Source: Actinomycetota bacterium
GTDB lineage: Bacteria; Actinomycetota; Actinomycetes; S36-B12
Assembly: GCA_009700485.1 (NCBI GenBank)
Contig: WLLZ01000001.1
Location: 1 to 56,788, forward strand
Length of the DNA: 56,788 nucleotides
Direction of reading: 5' to 3'
Below are positions 19,203 to 29,754 of this stretch, in pieces. The position numbers were made by a program, and so were the translations under genes. Numbering within the stretch: position 1 is the first letter of the stretch; every line of letters starts with the position of its first letter. The notes under the pieces were generated by a model. It had not been told where the DNA came from. It did not search any database and saw only the letters and a list, made by a program, of their open reading frames with translations.

Positions 19203-20257
19203 TGGCCGAAAAAGCGAATCCACAGCGAGCCTTCTTAGAAGTCTCAGATCTTTCGGTGCAGTTCCCGACCGAAGACGGCATTGTGCGAGCCGTTGATGGG
19301 GTGAGTTTCGCGATTGAACGCGGTAAAACGCTGGCTATCGTGGGGGAGTCTGGGTCAGGCAAAAGTGTTACGGCGCAAGCTGTAATGGGCCTTATCAACA
19401 AACGTAATGCCGACGTCAGTGGCGAAGTGATTTTTGACGGTGAAGACCTCGTCGCGATGCCAGAAGAGGGGCTGCGCAAGTTGCGCGGCAATAAGATGGC
19501 GATGATCTTCCAAGACCCAATGTCTAGCCTGCATCCGTTTTATCGAATTGGCGATCAATTGACCGAAGCGGTCAACGCCCATGAAAAAGTATCGAAGGCG
19601 AGTGCACGTGATCGCGCCATTGAGATGCTGCATAAGGTTGGTATCCCAGCCCCGGCTAAGCGCTTTGACGACTACCCCCACCAGTTCTCGGGCGGGATGC
19701 GCCAGCGGGTAATGATAGCCATGGCGTTAATCAACTCTCCATCCCTGCTTATTGCCGACGAACCAACAACTGCGCTGGATGTCACGGTGCAGGCGCAGAT
19801 CATCGAGCTTATTTCCCAGTTGCAGCGTGAGTTCGATACGGCTGTCATTCTCATCACCCACGATCTGGGAATTGTCGCTCATGTGGCAGACGAAGTGGCC
19901 GTTATGTATGGGGCACGCGTAGTTGAATCGGGCAGCGTTGACGATATTTTCTATCACCCGCAGATGCCTTATACGCTCGGACTGCTGGCCTCGATACCGC
20001 GCTTGAATCAGGTTCATGGTGATCGCCTTGATCCGATACCCGGTAACCCGCCATCACCACTTCGATTGCCCGCTGGCTGTGTATTTAATCCCAGGTGCGG
20101 ATATCAGGATCGAGTTACCGGCGACTTGTGCCAAACCCAGCGGCCGGCACTTGAAAGTGTCGGGGCCGGGCACCGAGTGCGCTGCCATCTGCCGGCCACC
20201 GAACGGCAAGCCGTAGCCGAATTAGTGCTTAGTGCGCTTGGGAGGTCAAGTGCATGA
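19202..20257 (+). CDS. peptide ABC transporter ATP-binding protein (OppD-like)
   Basis: Walker A GESGSGKS, signature FSGGMRQR, Walker [13 protein letters not shown]. Its TGATG junction overlaps the permease stop. Confidence 0.9.
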   Translation: MAEKANPQRAFLEVSDLSVQFPTEDGIVRAVDGVSFAIERGKTLAIVGESGSGKSVTAQAVMGLINKRNADVSGEVIFDGEDLVAMPEEGLRKLRGNKMAMIFQDPMSSLHPFYRIGDQLTEAVNAHEKVSKASARDRAIEMLHKVGIPAPAKRFDDYPHQFSGGMRQRVMIAMALINSPSLLIADEPTTALDVTVQAQIIELISQLQREFDTAVILITHDLGIVAHVADEVAVMYGARVVESGSVDDIFYHPQMPYTLGLLASIPRLNQVHGDRLDPIPGNPPSPLRLPAGCVFNPRCGYQDRVTGDLCQTQRPALESVGAGHRVRCHLPATERQAVAELVLSALGRSSA

Positions 20258-21426
20258 GTAATCTCATTGGGCCGGTAATCTCTGCGGAAGCAGCTCTGCG
20301 GGTAACCGATCTGCGAACCTACTTCCCGGTGCGCTCCAAAGGCCTATTTCCCAAGACGGTCGGCCAGGTGAAGGCGGTTGACGGGGTTAGTTTCTCGGTT
20401 CAACCGGGGCAGACTTTGGGTTTGGTCGGTGAGAGCGGGTGCGGTAAATCTACGACCGGGCGCAGTGTTTTGCGTTTGGTAGAACCAACAAGTGGTCGCA
20501 TTGAGTTCGATGGCCTCGATGTTACTGAAATGTCGAGCAAAGAAATGGTGCCGATCCGCCGTAAGGCTGCGATGATATTTCAAGATCCTTACAACGCACT
20601 TAATCCAAGGCACACGGTCGGCGCCATCATCGGTGCTCCATTCGCGGTTCAGGGTGTAAAGCCCCCAGGTGGAGTTCGAAAAGCTGTTCAAGAATTGATG
20701 GAGCGAGTTGGGCTGAACCCTGAGCACTACAACAGGTATCCGGCAGAATTTTCAGGGGGCCAGCGGCAGCGCATAGGTATTGCGCGAGCAGTAGCGCTGA
20801 AGCCTAAATTCATCGTCTGCGATGAGCCGGTATCGGCCCTCGATGTATCGATTCAGGCTCAGGTAATCAACCTACTTCGTGACCTACAGGATGATTTTGG
20901 TATCGCGTACTTGTTCATCGCCCATGATCTTGCGGTAGTTCGCCAAATCTCACATCACGTTGCCGTGATGTATTTGGGGCAGGTAATGGAACTTGCAACA
21001 CGTGAAGATCTTTACTCGAGGCCACTGCACCCGTACACCCATGCCCTACTTTCGGCTATTCCGATCCCGGACCCACGCGCGCAAAGGCAACGTGAGCACA
21101 TCATGTTGTCGGGTGACTTACCGAGTCCGGCAGCACCTCCCCTCGGATGTGTATTTCACACCAGGTGTTTTCAGGCCCAAGATATTTGCGCGGTCGAGAA
21201 ACCCGAAATAATTGAGTTTGAGCCGGGCCACAAAGTAGCGTGCCATTTCCCGATCGTGGAGTTCTTGGGCACCGCACCCATAACCGGACCAGACCCGGGA
21301 TTAACGAAACAAACTGGCGCAGCAGGTGAAGATCGCGGGTCGAATGATTTAATCCGCGAAATCGGCACCGACTACGGGGCGGCCCCAAATACCCCGATTG
21401 ACCCGGGCCCGGCAATTTGGAGATGA
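20254..21426 (+). CDS. peptide ABC transporter ATP-binding protein (OppF-like)
   Basis: Walker A GESGCGKST, signature FSGGQRQR, Walker B FIVCDEPVSALD. ATGA overlap with the preceding gene. Confidence 0.9.
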   Translation: MSNLIGPVISAEAALRVTDLRTYFPVRSKGLFPKTVGQVKAVDGVSFSVQPGQTLGLVGESGCGKSTTGRSVLRLVEPTSGRIEFDGLDVTEMSSKEMVPIRRKAAMIFQDPYNALNPRHTVGAIIGAPFAVQGVKPPGGVRKAVQELMERVGLNPEHYNRYPAEFSGGQRQRIGIARAVALKPKFIVCDEPVSALDVSIQAQVINLLRDLQDDFGIAYLFIAHDLAVVRQISHHVAVMYLGQVMELATREDLYSRPLHPYTHALLSAIPIPDPRAQRQREHIMLSGDLPSPAAPPLGCVFHTRCFQAQDICAVEKPEIIEFEPGHKVACHFPIVEFLGTAPITGPDPGLTKQTGAAGEDRGSNDLIREIGTDYGAAPNTPIDPGPAIWR

Positions 21427-23519
21427 GTTCGAAAGAAGTCGACTTCGGCATTCAGTAAATTCTCGGCTACGACCTCCTGGGGTGTCATGTGGGTGACACC
21501 ACTTAACGGCAGCACTGAATGTATTTTGCCGGCGGCAAGTAGCGCACTGGAAAACTGCAAGGTGTGCGCGACGAGCACATTGTCATCGGCCAAGCCATGG
21601 ATTAGCAGTAGTGGCCGTTGCAGTTTTTCGGCCCGCGTTAATAATGATGATTGGTCATAAACCTCAGGCGATTCATTTGGATCCCCAAGGTAGCGCTCGG
21701 TGTAGGCGGTGTCATAAAGCCGCCATTCGGTCACCGGTGCCCCGGCAACGGCACAGTGGAAAATATCTGGGCGTTCTAGTACGGCGAGGGCGGCCAAGTA
21801 ACCGCCAAATGACCAGCCAACGATGCCGACCCGGTGAAGATCCAGATCCGGTAGCCGGCCCCCAAGCACGTGGAGGGCGCTTACCTGATCAGCCAAGATC
21901 CCCATCGCTAAATCTTGTTTGATCAAGCGCTCCCAAGCCGGCCCGCGCCCTGGTGTGCCGCGCCCGTCGACAACGACAACCGCAAAACCTTGGTCAGCCA
22001 ACCATTGATCGGATGCGTGAGCGCCGGCGATATGGGTAACCATCTGAGCGTGGGGCCCGCCATATGGCGACATGATCACCGGGAGCTTTTGTGAGCCAGG
22101 TACGTGACCGGTGGGCCAGAACACGCAGGTGCGCAATTGTGTTGCGCCAACCGAGCTGAAGTTCGTTTTAATGGTGACGTTCGGGGTTTGCGCATGCGAG
22201 CTAATTTGGTGCACGCCCGAAGAGTGTACGACATTGAAGCTGACGCGCGGTGAAATTGAGTTAGCTGTCGCCAGGACAAAGGTGGAACCGTCGGCTACGG
22301 CACTATTCCAACTTTCACCCGAGGTAAGGGCGGTTGCGGTGCCGTCATTATTGATTTGGTATAGATGCTGTTCCATCGGATCAGGTGAGGCAAGTACAAG
22401 TAACCCTTCGACGGAAGAGTCGACAACTCCATTCACCTGCAACCCGGCTGGCGAGTTGAAAACCCCGTCACGGGTTACGCGGTTTGTATCAGTCGTTGCA
22501 TCAGAAACAATTTCAATAAGTGCCCCATCAGTGGCAAAAAAGGGCAGCTCGCCATAGACATCAATCCACGCTGGGTCAGTACGTACCGCTATTTCAAGTA
22601 GTTGGCCATTTGTGATGTCAATTCGATTGATGCTCGCGGTTCTCTGGTCACGGGTAAGTACAAACATCACGGTGCCTGCGTCGGATGAATTAACCGTTGC
22701 TAAATATGGGTATTTGGCCAAGTCCCAGATTAATTGCTTACGCGCTCCAGTAAGGGGGATAAGCCAGAGTTCGACGATCGGGTTGGCCTCGCCGGCCGCG
22801 GGGTAACGGTGGGCAACCGGCTCATTAGCTGGTTGGGCGGGGTCACTTATCCAGCGGATACCTACGGGTGCATTGTCTGTGCGTTCAACAATTAGCCCGG
22901 AGCTATCAGCTAGCCACCAATACCCGCGCAGTCGATCGAGCTCTTCGGCTGCAATGAAGTCGGCCAAGCCCCACGTTTCAGTGTCACTTGTGGATTCACA
23001 AAGCAGTTGCGGCTGCGCGTCCAGCTTGTGGGCATCTATTACCCAAAGGCAGCCATCAACGACGAAGGCAACATGTTGTCCGTCCGGGCTTACTCGTGGA
23101 TCGATGACAGCCCCCGGGGTGGTCAACTCTCTGGTGTGAACGGTGCTGCCGAGCACACTCACATAGGCAATACCCGAGATTGCAAAAGTAATTACAGTTC
23201 CGGATTTATCCGTGGTGAAGTGCGTAATACCTGAAGTGACTTCGCGCATGCGCTCGCGTCGTGCCAGCTCGGCAGCTGGGAGCTTGCCGGTCGTCAGTAA
23301 AGCGGCCGCATCAACCAAGCACTCCTCAAGGGGTGGCTGCATGCTCAGATCAAGATGCCAAAGACTGCCGGCCGGATCAATCCCGCTGCTACTGCGGATA
23401 AAGAGCACGCGCTGACCAACGACTTTCAAGCCGCGGGGTCTGCCAAGCTGGAACCCTCGGGTACGCGCCTTTTGTCTTGGGAAGGATTCAGATGAAGTCA
23501 CCTGCGCATCGTGCCGCAT
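21372..23519 (-). CDS. S9-family serine peptidase (dipeptidyl aminopeptidase / prolyl oligopeptidase type)
   Basis: N-terminal beta-propeller-like region and C-terminal hydrolase with nucleophile elbow GWSFGGYLA and ...LLIHGLADDNV.... Its 3' end overlaps the oppF-like gene by 55 nt. Confidence 0.85.
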   Translation of the reverse strand: MRHDAQVTSSESFPRQKARTRGFQLGRPRGLKVVGQRVLFIRSSSGIDPAGSLWHLDLSMQPPLEECLVDAAALLTTGKLPAAELARRERMREVTSGITHFTTDKSGTVITFAISGIAYVSVLGSTVHTRELTTPGAVIDPRVSPDGQHVAFVVDGCLWVIDAHKLDAQPQLLCESTSDTETWGLADFIAAEELDRLRGYWWLADSSGLIVERTDNAPVGIRWISDPAQPANEPVAHRYPAAGEANPIVELWLIPLTGARKQLIWDLAKYPYLATVNSSDAGTVMFVLTRDQRTASINRIDITNGQLLEIAVRTDPAWIDVYGELPFFATDGALIEIVSDATTDTNRVTRDGVFNSPAGLQVNGVVDSSVEGLLVLASPDPMEQHLYQINNDGTATALTSGESWNSAVADGSTFVLATANSISPRVSFNVVHSSGVHQISSHAQTPNVTIKTNFSSVGATQLRTCVFWPTGHVPGSQKLPVIMSPYGGPHAQMVTHIAGAHASDQWLADQGFAVVVVDGRGTPGRGPAWERLIKQDLAMGILADQVSALHVLGGRLPDLDLHRVGIVGWSFGGYLAALAVLERPDIFHCAVAGAPVTEWRLYDTAYTERYLGDPNESPEVYDQSSLLTRAEKLQRPLLLIHGLADDNVLVAHTLQFSSALLAAGKIHSVLPLSGVTHMTPQEVVAENLLNAEVDFFRTHLQIAGPGSIGVFGAAP

Positions 23520-23545
23520 CGGGTATGGGCCACTAATCTTTGGGC

Positions 23546-24427
23546 ATGAGTAGACGCTTAATGCTGGTCCACGCCCATCCAGATGACGAGACCATCGGCA
23601 CCGGGGTGACCATGGCCAAATACGTGGCAGCGGGTGCCGAAGTCACCTTGGTTACCTGCACTTTGGGTGAGGAGGGTGAGATCTTGTTGGAGGAGTTCGC
23701 CCACTTGGCGGCCGACCAGGACGACTTATTAGGGGCTCATCGGCAAACTGAGCTCGGTGCCGCGATGGATGAGCTTGGAGTAACTGATTGGCGGCTCCTT
23801 GGGGGCCCCGGGCGCTTTCGTGATTCGGGCATGGTGGGCACCGCGAGCAATGACAACCCCGACTGCTTTTGGCGCACCGACTTATTGGTCTCGGCAACAG
23901 AACTGGTGCGCGTAATCCGCGAGGTGCGGCCACAAGTAGTTGTTACCTATGACGACTTTGGCGGCTACGGCCACCCAGATCACATCCAGGCGCATCGCGT
24001 TACGCATTACGCGGTCATGCTGGCCGCCAGTTCGACTTTTGATCCAGAGCTTGGAGCGCCCTGGCAGGTAACCAAGGTTTATTGGACGGCATTCCCGAAG
24101 AGTGTTATTCGGGCCGGTATCGAGGCGATGCAGGCGGCCGGTTCTGAACACGGTGACTCGGAGTTTGCTGCTATGGACCCGGATGACATCCCGTTCGCCT
24201 GTGATGACGATTTAGTCACCACGATGATTGTCGCCCCAGAGTTCTTGCCGGCCAAGATGGCGGCACTGCGCGCCCATGGCACCCAGGTTGATGTCAGCGG
24301 GGGTTTCTTCGCCCTCGCTGACAATGTCGGCGCCGAAGCTTTCGGGACTGAGTACTACAGGCTGGCCATGGGCCCGACGCCGTCCTCCCAGCCCGAAACC
24401 GACCTATTTGCGGGTATCACTACGTGA
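23546..24427 (+). CDS. mshB: GlcNAc-Ins deacetylase (mycothiol biosynthesis), LmbE family
   Basis: LMLVHAHPDDETIGTG and ...GGYGHPDHIQAHRV motifs, followed by the small membrane gene usually found after mshB. Could instead be the paralogous Mca amidase. Confidence 0.8.
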   Translation: MSRRLMLVHAHPDDETIGTGVTMAKYVAAGAEVTLVTCTLGEEGEILLEEFAHLAADQDDLLGAHRQTELGAAMDELGVTDWRLLGGPGRFRDSGMVGTASNDNPDCFWRTDLLVSATELVRVIREVRPQVVVTYDDFGGYGHPDHIQAHRVTHYAVMLAASSTFDPELGAPWQVTKVYWTAFPKSVIRAGIEAMQAAGSEHGDSEFAAMDPDDIPFACDDDLVTTMIVAPEFLPAKMAALRAHGTQVDVSGGFFALADNVGAEAFGTEYYRLAMGPTPSSQPETDLFAGITT

Positions 24428-24804
24428 CCCGGGCGCTCCTGCTCGCCGGACTTTTCCTGGTCGGTGTCGCTGTAGGGCTATTGGGCGCATTCGTGCAGGC
24501 GGCTAGGTGGGTCACCGCATGGCCTTGGGGGCAGTTGGTTATCCCGTGGGGGCTGGTCATGGTGCTAATACTCCTTTTAGCCCTGATAAGGGGTGGGGCT
24601 TGGCTGGTGCGTAGTCGATTCGGAGCCTGGGCGCTGCTCGTGGGGTGGTTAATGGGCACCATCGTGATGTCCACGCAGTCACGATCAGGTGACCTTGCGC
24701 TCTTGGGCGGGCCCCGGCAATGGGCCTATTTAATTGGTGGGGTCATTTTGGGATCCGCGGCTGCGACTTTCTCGGTTACCGAATCAGGGTCACGCCTACC
24801 TTGA
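24424..24804 (+). CDS. small integral membrane protein (DUF6113-like)
   Basis: Four hydrophobic segments. GTGA overlap with mshB. Confidence 0.6.
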   Translation: MTRALLLAGLFLVGVAVGLLGAFVQAARWVTAWPWGQLVIPWGLVMVLILLLALIRGGAWLVRSRFGAWALLVGWLMGTIVMSTQSRSGDLALLGGPRQWAYLIGGVILGSAAATFSVTESGSRLP

Positions 24805-24881
24805 TTTCTTGTAACTTTCGCTTACCATCAAGGTCACATCCACTCTGCATTACAAACTTGGGTCGGTAAGGGGTTGCCCGC

Positions 24882-26696
24882 GTGGCTGAGCATGAGCGTC
24901 AGGCTTCAGCCTGGCAGGCCTCGCGTCGGGCCTTATTCATCATCATGGGCACCGTGGTTGCCGTAGCCGCCCTTTATCTGGGCGCCATCGTGCTCGCCGG
25001 CGATGGATTTCGCTCCGGCACCACTGTCGGAGGCGTTGATATCAGCGGTCTAAGCAATCCCGAAGCAATAGATAAACTCAATTCAACAATCGGTGCGGTG
25101 GCCCGCAAGCCACTAAGAGTGCGCACTGTTGACCACCTTTTCGTCATTGACCCGCAAGCCGCGGGGCTGAAATTTGATGCTGAGGCCACAATCGCTCAGG
25201 CCACCGGGCGCACCTGGAACCCGATCACACTCATCAGCGATTTCATGACCCAACGCGAGCTCGAGCCGATCACCTCAATTGACCAAAGTGCCTTGGATGA
25301 CCAACTCGCTGGGGTCGCAACCGCAATTGATCAACCCGCGGTCGAGCCCACCTTGATAATGATTCAGCGCAAGCCGGTGTTGACTCCGGGTGTCGATGGT
25401 TTGGCACTTGACCAAACCGCGACCGGCGACGCCATGAAAGTCGCTTTCATGCAAAAGCGCGAGCCGATTACCGCGGTGTTGGCAGATGTACCACCGGCGG
25501 TGTCGGAGGCCGTGGCGCTGCAAGCAAAAGCCCTAGCGCGCACCGCGATAGCTAATCCAGTCAACGTTACGGCGGGTGTCATAACCGCGACCATTGATTC
25601 GGCCGACATTGCTGATGCCTTAACTTTCACCCAAGAAGGTGGCCAACTCGTGCCGATTCTTGACGGCGCGATTTTACATAAATCAATTGCCGGCGATCTC
25701 GAGGCTGTTGAGACCCCTGGCCGTGATGCCACCTTCGAAATCGTTCGAAGGCAGCCGGTAGTGGTGCCATCACAGGTCGGTGCCGGTATCTCGGACGATG
25801 AGTTAGCACTGCAGGTAGCCACGGTAATTGGTAATCAACCACCGGACCGATCCGTTTCCGTATCGATGGGCACTAGGGATCCAATGCTGACAACCGAGCA
25901 AGCGCAGCAGCTCGGTATCACCCAGAAGATCTCAAGCTTTACACAGCAGTTTCCATATGCTGCCTATCGCGTGCAAAATATTGGAGAAGCTGCCCGTCGC
26001 ATTGATGGAACTTTGCTCATGCCGGGTGAAACTTTTTCAATGAACGACACCATCAAGGAGCGAACTGTCGCAAATGGCTACACCGTTGGTTTCGTGATCG
26101 GCGCAGGCGGAGTTTTCGCCGAAGAACTTGGTGGCGGTGTGTCGGCGGCGACAACAACAATGTGGACCGCGGCGTTTTTCGCGGGCATGGAACGCACATT
26201 CACGCAAGCTCACTCAATCTACATCTCCAGATATCAAAATGGCCTCGAGGCCACCGTTGCCTGGGGGAGTTTCGATATGAAGTTCACCAACGACACCCCG
26301 AATGCAGTTTTCATCACCACGAAGATGACTAACACCTCAATGAATGCGACTTTTTGGGGTACCCCAACATACGACGAAGTCAAGGCGGAGTTTGGGCCAA
26401 GGCACGATATTCGCCCGTATCCGACCATCTACGACAAGTCTAAGAAGTGTCTTGGGCAAGGTGGTATGGAAGGTTTCATAATCGATGTTGACCGGGTTTT
26501 CTACAAGGATGGCGCAGAGGTAAATCGCGAGACCATCACGACAAACTACCGCGCTTCCCCGAAAGTTATCTGCGGCAAGAACCCTGATAAGGATCCAGCA
26601 AAGCCGATAAAACCTAGTAAGCCTGGTGCCACTCCGAGTGTGTCACCTTCACCGGCACCCTCGGGCGATCAGGCTGCGCCGGCGCCCCAGAGCTAG
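24882..26696 (+). CDS. VanW-domain protein with N-terminal membrane anchor and Pro-rich C-terminal tail
   Basis: ...RIDGTLLMPGETFSMNDTIKERTVANGYTVGFVI...SIYISRYQNGLEATVAWGSFDMKFTND... matches the VanW core. Confidence 0.8.
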   Translation: MAEHERQASAWQASRRALFIIMGTVVAVAALYLGAIVLAGDGFRSGTTVGGVDISGLSNPEAIDKLNSTIGAVARKPLRVRTVDHLFVIDPQAAGLKFDAEATIAQATGRTWNPITLISDFMTQRELEPITSIDQSALDDQLAGVATAIDQPAVEPTLIMIQRKPVLTPGVDGLALDQTATGDAMKVAFMQKREPITAVLADVPPAVSEAVALQAKALARTAIANPVNVTAGVITATIDSADIADALTFTQEGGQLVPILDGAILHKSIAGDLEAVETPGRDATFEIVRRQPVVVPSQVGAGISDDELALQVATVIGNQPPDRSVSVSMGTRDPMLTTEQAQQLGITQKISSFTQQFPYAAYRVQNIGEAARRIDGTLLMPGETFSMNDTIKERTVANGYTVGFVIGAGGVFAEELGGGVSAATTTMWTAAFFAGMERTFTQAHSIYISRYQNGLEATVAWGSFDMKFTNDTPNAVFITTKMTNTSMNATFWGTPTYDEVKAEFGPRHDIRPYPTIYDKSKKCLGQGGMEGFIIDVDRVFYKDGAEVNRETITTNYRASPKVICGKNPDKDPAKPIKPSKPGATPSVSPSPAPSGDQAAPAPQS

Positions 26697-26722
26697 CTGA
26701 GCCGCTAGGTGGCACGGCGCCA

Positions 26723-28132
26723 TTAACCAATCTGTTGGCCGTCGGCGGTGTCAACAACTACCACACCGAGTTCGGCTAACGCGTCGCGCAACCGATCACT
26801 GCCTGACCAGTCCTTGTTGGCGCGCGCAGCTACTCGTTCGGCAAGTAGCCCCTCGACTTCGAGTGAGGCAGGTGCCGGGGGCCGGCCGACATCGCGGGTG
26901 AGATCTAGGCCGAAAAGTCGATCAACGCGTGCGAAAGTCTCAAATTTAGCGCCGTCACTTAAATTGGTATCGCGCTCGACCGCGCGCAGTTGCTGCAGAG
27001 CAAGGGGTGTGTCTAGGTCTTCGTTGAAAGCCTCGACAATCAACCGCACCGCATCAGTCGCTAAAGGTGCTGAGGGAGAATTCGCCCACTGCGCAACGCG
27101 GGCTCGCCACCTGGTCAGGGTGGTTTGCGCACCTTCGATAACTTCCCAGGTGAGGTTCATCTGCTGGCGATATCGATGCTGCAGGAAGGCGAGTCGTAAA
27201 CTAAGTGGATCCAGCCCACGCGCGGCTAAATCGCTAACGAGCACTACATTGCCAGTGGATTTACTCATCTTGCGGCCTTCGAATAACAGGTGCTCGGCGT
27301 GCACCCAGTGGCGAACTACTTCATGCCCGGTGATCGCGTTACTTTGCGCCCGCTCATCTTCATGATGGGGGAATCGCAGATCTATACCGCCGGTATGGAT
27401 ATCAATCTCGTTACCGAGGATGTCCAGGCTCATGGCACTGCATTCGGTGTGCCAGCCGGGGAAGCCAACCCCCCATGGCGTCTGCCACACCAGTTGAGTT
27501 CGAGTAGGTCCGGATTTCTTCCAAAGCGCCCAGTCCGCATGGAAACGCTTAGCTGGATCAACCTCGCTGGTGAAGCGATGCCCGGGTCGGAGTTGATCAA
27601 GTTTGTTTCCACTCAATTCGCCGTAGGTGGAGAAAGTACGAGCATCGAAGAACACCGATCCGTCAGTGCCGATGTAGGCGTTGTTGCTTTCGATCAGTTT
27701 GCTGATTAGTTCGATCATCAAGTCAATTGATTCACTAGCACGCGGGTATGCGTTCGCGGGATAAATATTGAGTGCGGCCAAATCAGCGTGGAATCTGTCT
27801 TCATAGTGGCGCGCAACGGCCAGGGCGCCTTTACCTTCGGTAGCCGCCTGTTGAAGTACGCGATCCTCGGTATCAGCTTGGCCTTCATCCACTCCACCCA
27901 ACCCGGTGTCATCGGCCATGTGGCCGACGTCAGTGATGTTCTGGACCAGGCGAACTTGGACCTTGCTGAACTCGGCGGTCCGGCGAATTAGGTCGGTAAG
28001 CAAAAAGGTACGCATATTGCCTACGTGGGCATCGCGGTAGACCGTGGGCCCGCAGGCATATATTCGCAGCAACCCGGGCGAAGCAGAGACGATCGGGACA
28101 ACCGCGCGTTGCATAGTGTCGTATAGGCGCAC
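26723..28132 (-). CDS. cysS: cysteine--tRNA ligase
   Basis: [17 protein letters not shown] (HxGN variant of HIGH, as in many CysRS), NITDVGHM and KMSKSTGN. At 469 aa it has the C-terminal extension expected of CysRS rather than the shorter MshC. Confidence 0.75.
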   Translation of the reverse strand: MRLYDTMQRAVVPIVSASPGLLRIYACGPTVYRDAHVGNMRTFLLTDLIRRTAEFSKVQVRLVQNITDVGHMADDTGLGGVDEGQADTEDRVLQQAATEGKGALAVARHYEDRFHADLAALNIYPANAYPRASESIDLMIELISKLIESNNAYIGTDGSVFFDARTFSTYGELSGNKLDQLRPGHRFTSEVDPAKRFHADWALWKKSGPTRTQLVWQTPWGVGFPGWHTECSAMSLDILGNEIDIHTGGIDLRFPHHEDERAQSNAITGHEVVRHWVHAEHLLFEGRKMSKSTGNVVLVSDLAARGLDPLSLRLAFLQHRYRQQMNLTWEVIEGAQTTLTRWRARVAQWANSPSAPLATDAVRLIVEAFNEDLDTPLALQQLRAVERDTNLSDGAKFETFARVDRLFGLDLTRDVGRPPAPASLEVEGLLAERVAARANKDWSGSDRLRDALAELGVVVVDTADGQQIG

Positions 28133-28258
28133 AAACCCTCCTTCGCTTAGCCTATGGCGACCCGAGGGGATCCGCGCGACGTTTACCGTGGTGGTTGTGT
28201 AAGTTAGCCTCGTCCAGCAAGAACCGCAGGTATTTTTATTCAGCTCTCGGAGGCTCTG

Positions 28259-28585
28259 GTGACCTACACCATCGCATTTCCATGCGTGGATCTCAAAGAC
28301 AATGCATGCATCGAGGAATGCCCGGTTGACTGCATCTACGAAGGTGGCCGGATGCTCTACATCCAGCCCGACGAGTGCGTTGACTGTGGCGCCTGCGAAC
28401 CGGTCTGCCCGGTCGAAGCAATCTTTTATGAGGACGATGTCCCCGAGGAGTGGAAGGAGTACACCGCGGCGAATGCGGAGTTCTTCGTCGACTTGGGTTC
28501 ACCCGGTGGCGCCGCCAAGCTCGGTCCGCAGGACTTTGATGCACCGCTGATAGCTAGCGTGCCGCCACAGGTACACGAGCACTGA
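28259..28585 (+). CDS. fdxA: 7Fe-type ferredoxin
   Basis: VTYTIAFPCVDLKDNACIEECPVDCIYEG...CVDCGACEPVCPVEAI cysteine pattern. Confidence 0.9.
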   Translation: MTYTIAFPCVDLKDNACIEECPVDCIYEGGRMLYIQPDECVDCGACEPVCPVEAIFYEDDVPEEWKEYTAANAEFFVDLGSPGGAAKLGPQDFDAPLIASVPPQVHEH

Positions 28586-28605
28586 GCGTTTCACCGGCCG
28601 ACCGC

Positions 28606-29676
28606 TTGCCGGAGTTTCCCTGGGATGTTCTCGCACCTTTTGCGGCTCGAGCCGCGCAGCATCCAAAAGGGGCGGTGGATTTATCGGTCGGTACACCCGT
28701 TGACCCAACTCCAGCGGTGATCCAGGCAGCGCTGGTAGCCGCGGCAAATGCGCCGGGGTATGCAACGACCGCTGGCTCGCCGGCGGTTCGAGAAGCCGCC
28801 GCCGGCTGGATTGAGCGCCGCTTGGGCGCACACGTATTGGCGAATGCGGTGTTACCCGCTATCGGCTCGAAAGAACTGGTGGCCTGGCTCCCCACGTTAC
28901 TCGGCTTGGGCCCAAAAGATCGCGTAGTAATCCCAAAGATCGCCTACCCAACCTACGCCGTCGGCGCGGCCCTCGTGGGCGCTGAAATCATCGCTACCGA
29001 TCGCCCGGAAGAAGTTGCGGCGCCCTCCTTGATCTGGATCAACACCCCGAGTAACCCAACTGGAGAAGTGCTTTCAACCACCAGAATGGCCGAAATTGTT
29101 GCCTATGGGCGTTCAGTGTCGGCCTTGGTTGTCAGCGATGAGTGCTATCTCGAGCTGGGCTGGGACGTCGACCCGGTCTCGGTCTTGCATCCGGGTGTTT
29201 CGGGTGCAGATCACTCCGGGGTGCTGGGGTTGTTCTCCCTTTCAAAACGCTCGAACCTCGCGGGGTACCGGTTTGGTTTCGCGGCCGGCGACCCAGAGGT
29301 GGTTACGCGATTGCTTGCGGTGCGCAAGCACCTCGGGATGATGGTGCCGGCACCAATCCAAGCGGCCGCGGTTGCCGCACTTGACGATGATGCCCACGTT
29401 GCCGAGCAGCGCCGGCGCTATGCCGAGCGGCGCCAGCTCATTTGGGCTGCCTTGGTTCAAGCCGGGTTCACGATCGACCACAGCGAGGCTGGGCTCTATC
29501 TATGGGTAACGCGCCGTGAGCCTTGCTGGAAGAGTGTTAGCTGGTTCGCTGATCGCGGCATCATCGTTACTCCTGGTGACTTTTATGGTGCCGCTGGCGC
29601 CGACCATGTGCGGGTAGCGTTGACGGCAACCGATGCCGATATTGCGCAATTTGTTCAGCGTCTTAGTGCCTCGTGA
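28606..29676 (+). CDS. dapC: class I/II aminotransferase, succinyldiaminopimelate transaminase (DapC) type
   Basis: LPEFPWDVLA...DLSVGTPVDP N-terminus and PLP-lysine region FSLSKRSNLAGYRFGF. Sits next to the ferredoxin, as in other actinobacteria. TTG start is uncertain. Confidence 0.8.
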   Translation: MPEFPWDVLAPFAARAAQHPKGAVDLSVGTPVDPTPAVIQAALVAAANAPGYATTAGSPAVREAAAGWIERRLGAHVLANAVLPAIGSKELVAWLPTLLGLGPKDRVVIPKIAYPTYAVGAALVGAEIIATDRPEEVAAPSLIWINTPSNPTGEVLSTTRMAEIVAYGRSVSALVVSDECYLELGWDVDPVSVLHPGVSGADHSGVLGLFSLSKRSNLAGYRFGFAAGDPEVVTRLLAVRKHLGMMVPAPIQAAAVAALDDDAHVAEQRRRYAERRQLIWAALVQAGFTIDHSEAGLYLWVTRREPCWKSVSWFADRGIIVTPGDFYGAAGADHVRVALTATDADIAQFVQRLSAS

Positions 29677-29754
29677 CTCATGCCACCAGCAAGGTTTGGA
29701 GGCGGGGTCTTGGAGTGGCTCCGGCATCGGTATTCTCAGGCTCAGGAGGATTAA

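Noticed and set aside
26723-28132. Assigning the class-I ligase as MshC (mycothiol Cys ligase), because mshB is nearby.
   Set aside because: At 469 aa it retains a C-terminal extension typical of CysRS. The HxGN/KMSKS pattern and NITDVGH block fit a CysRS subtype. MshC proteins are shorter. Phylogenetic placement is still needed to be sure.
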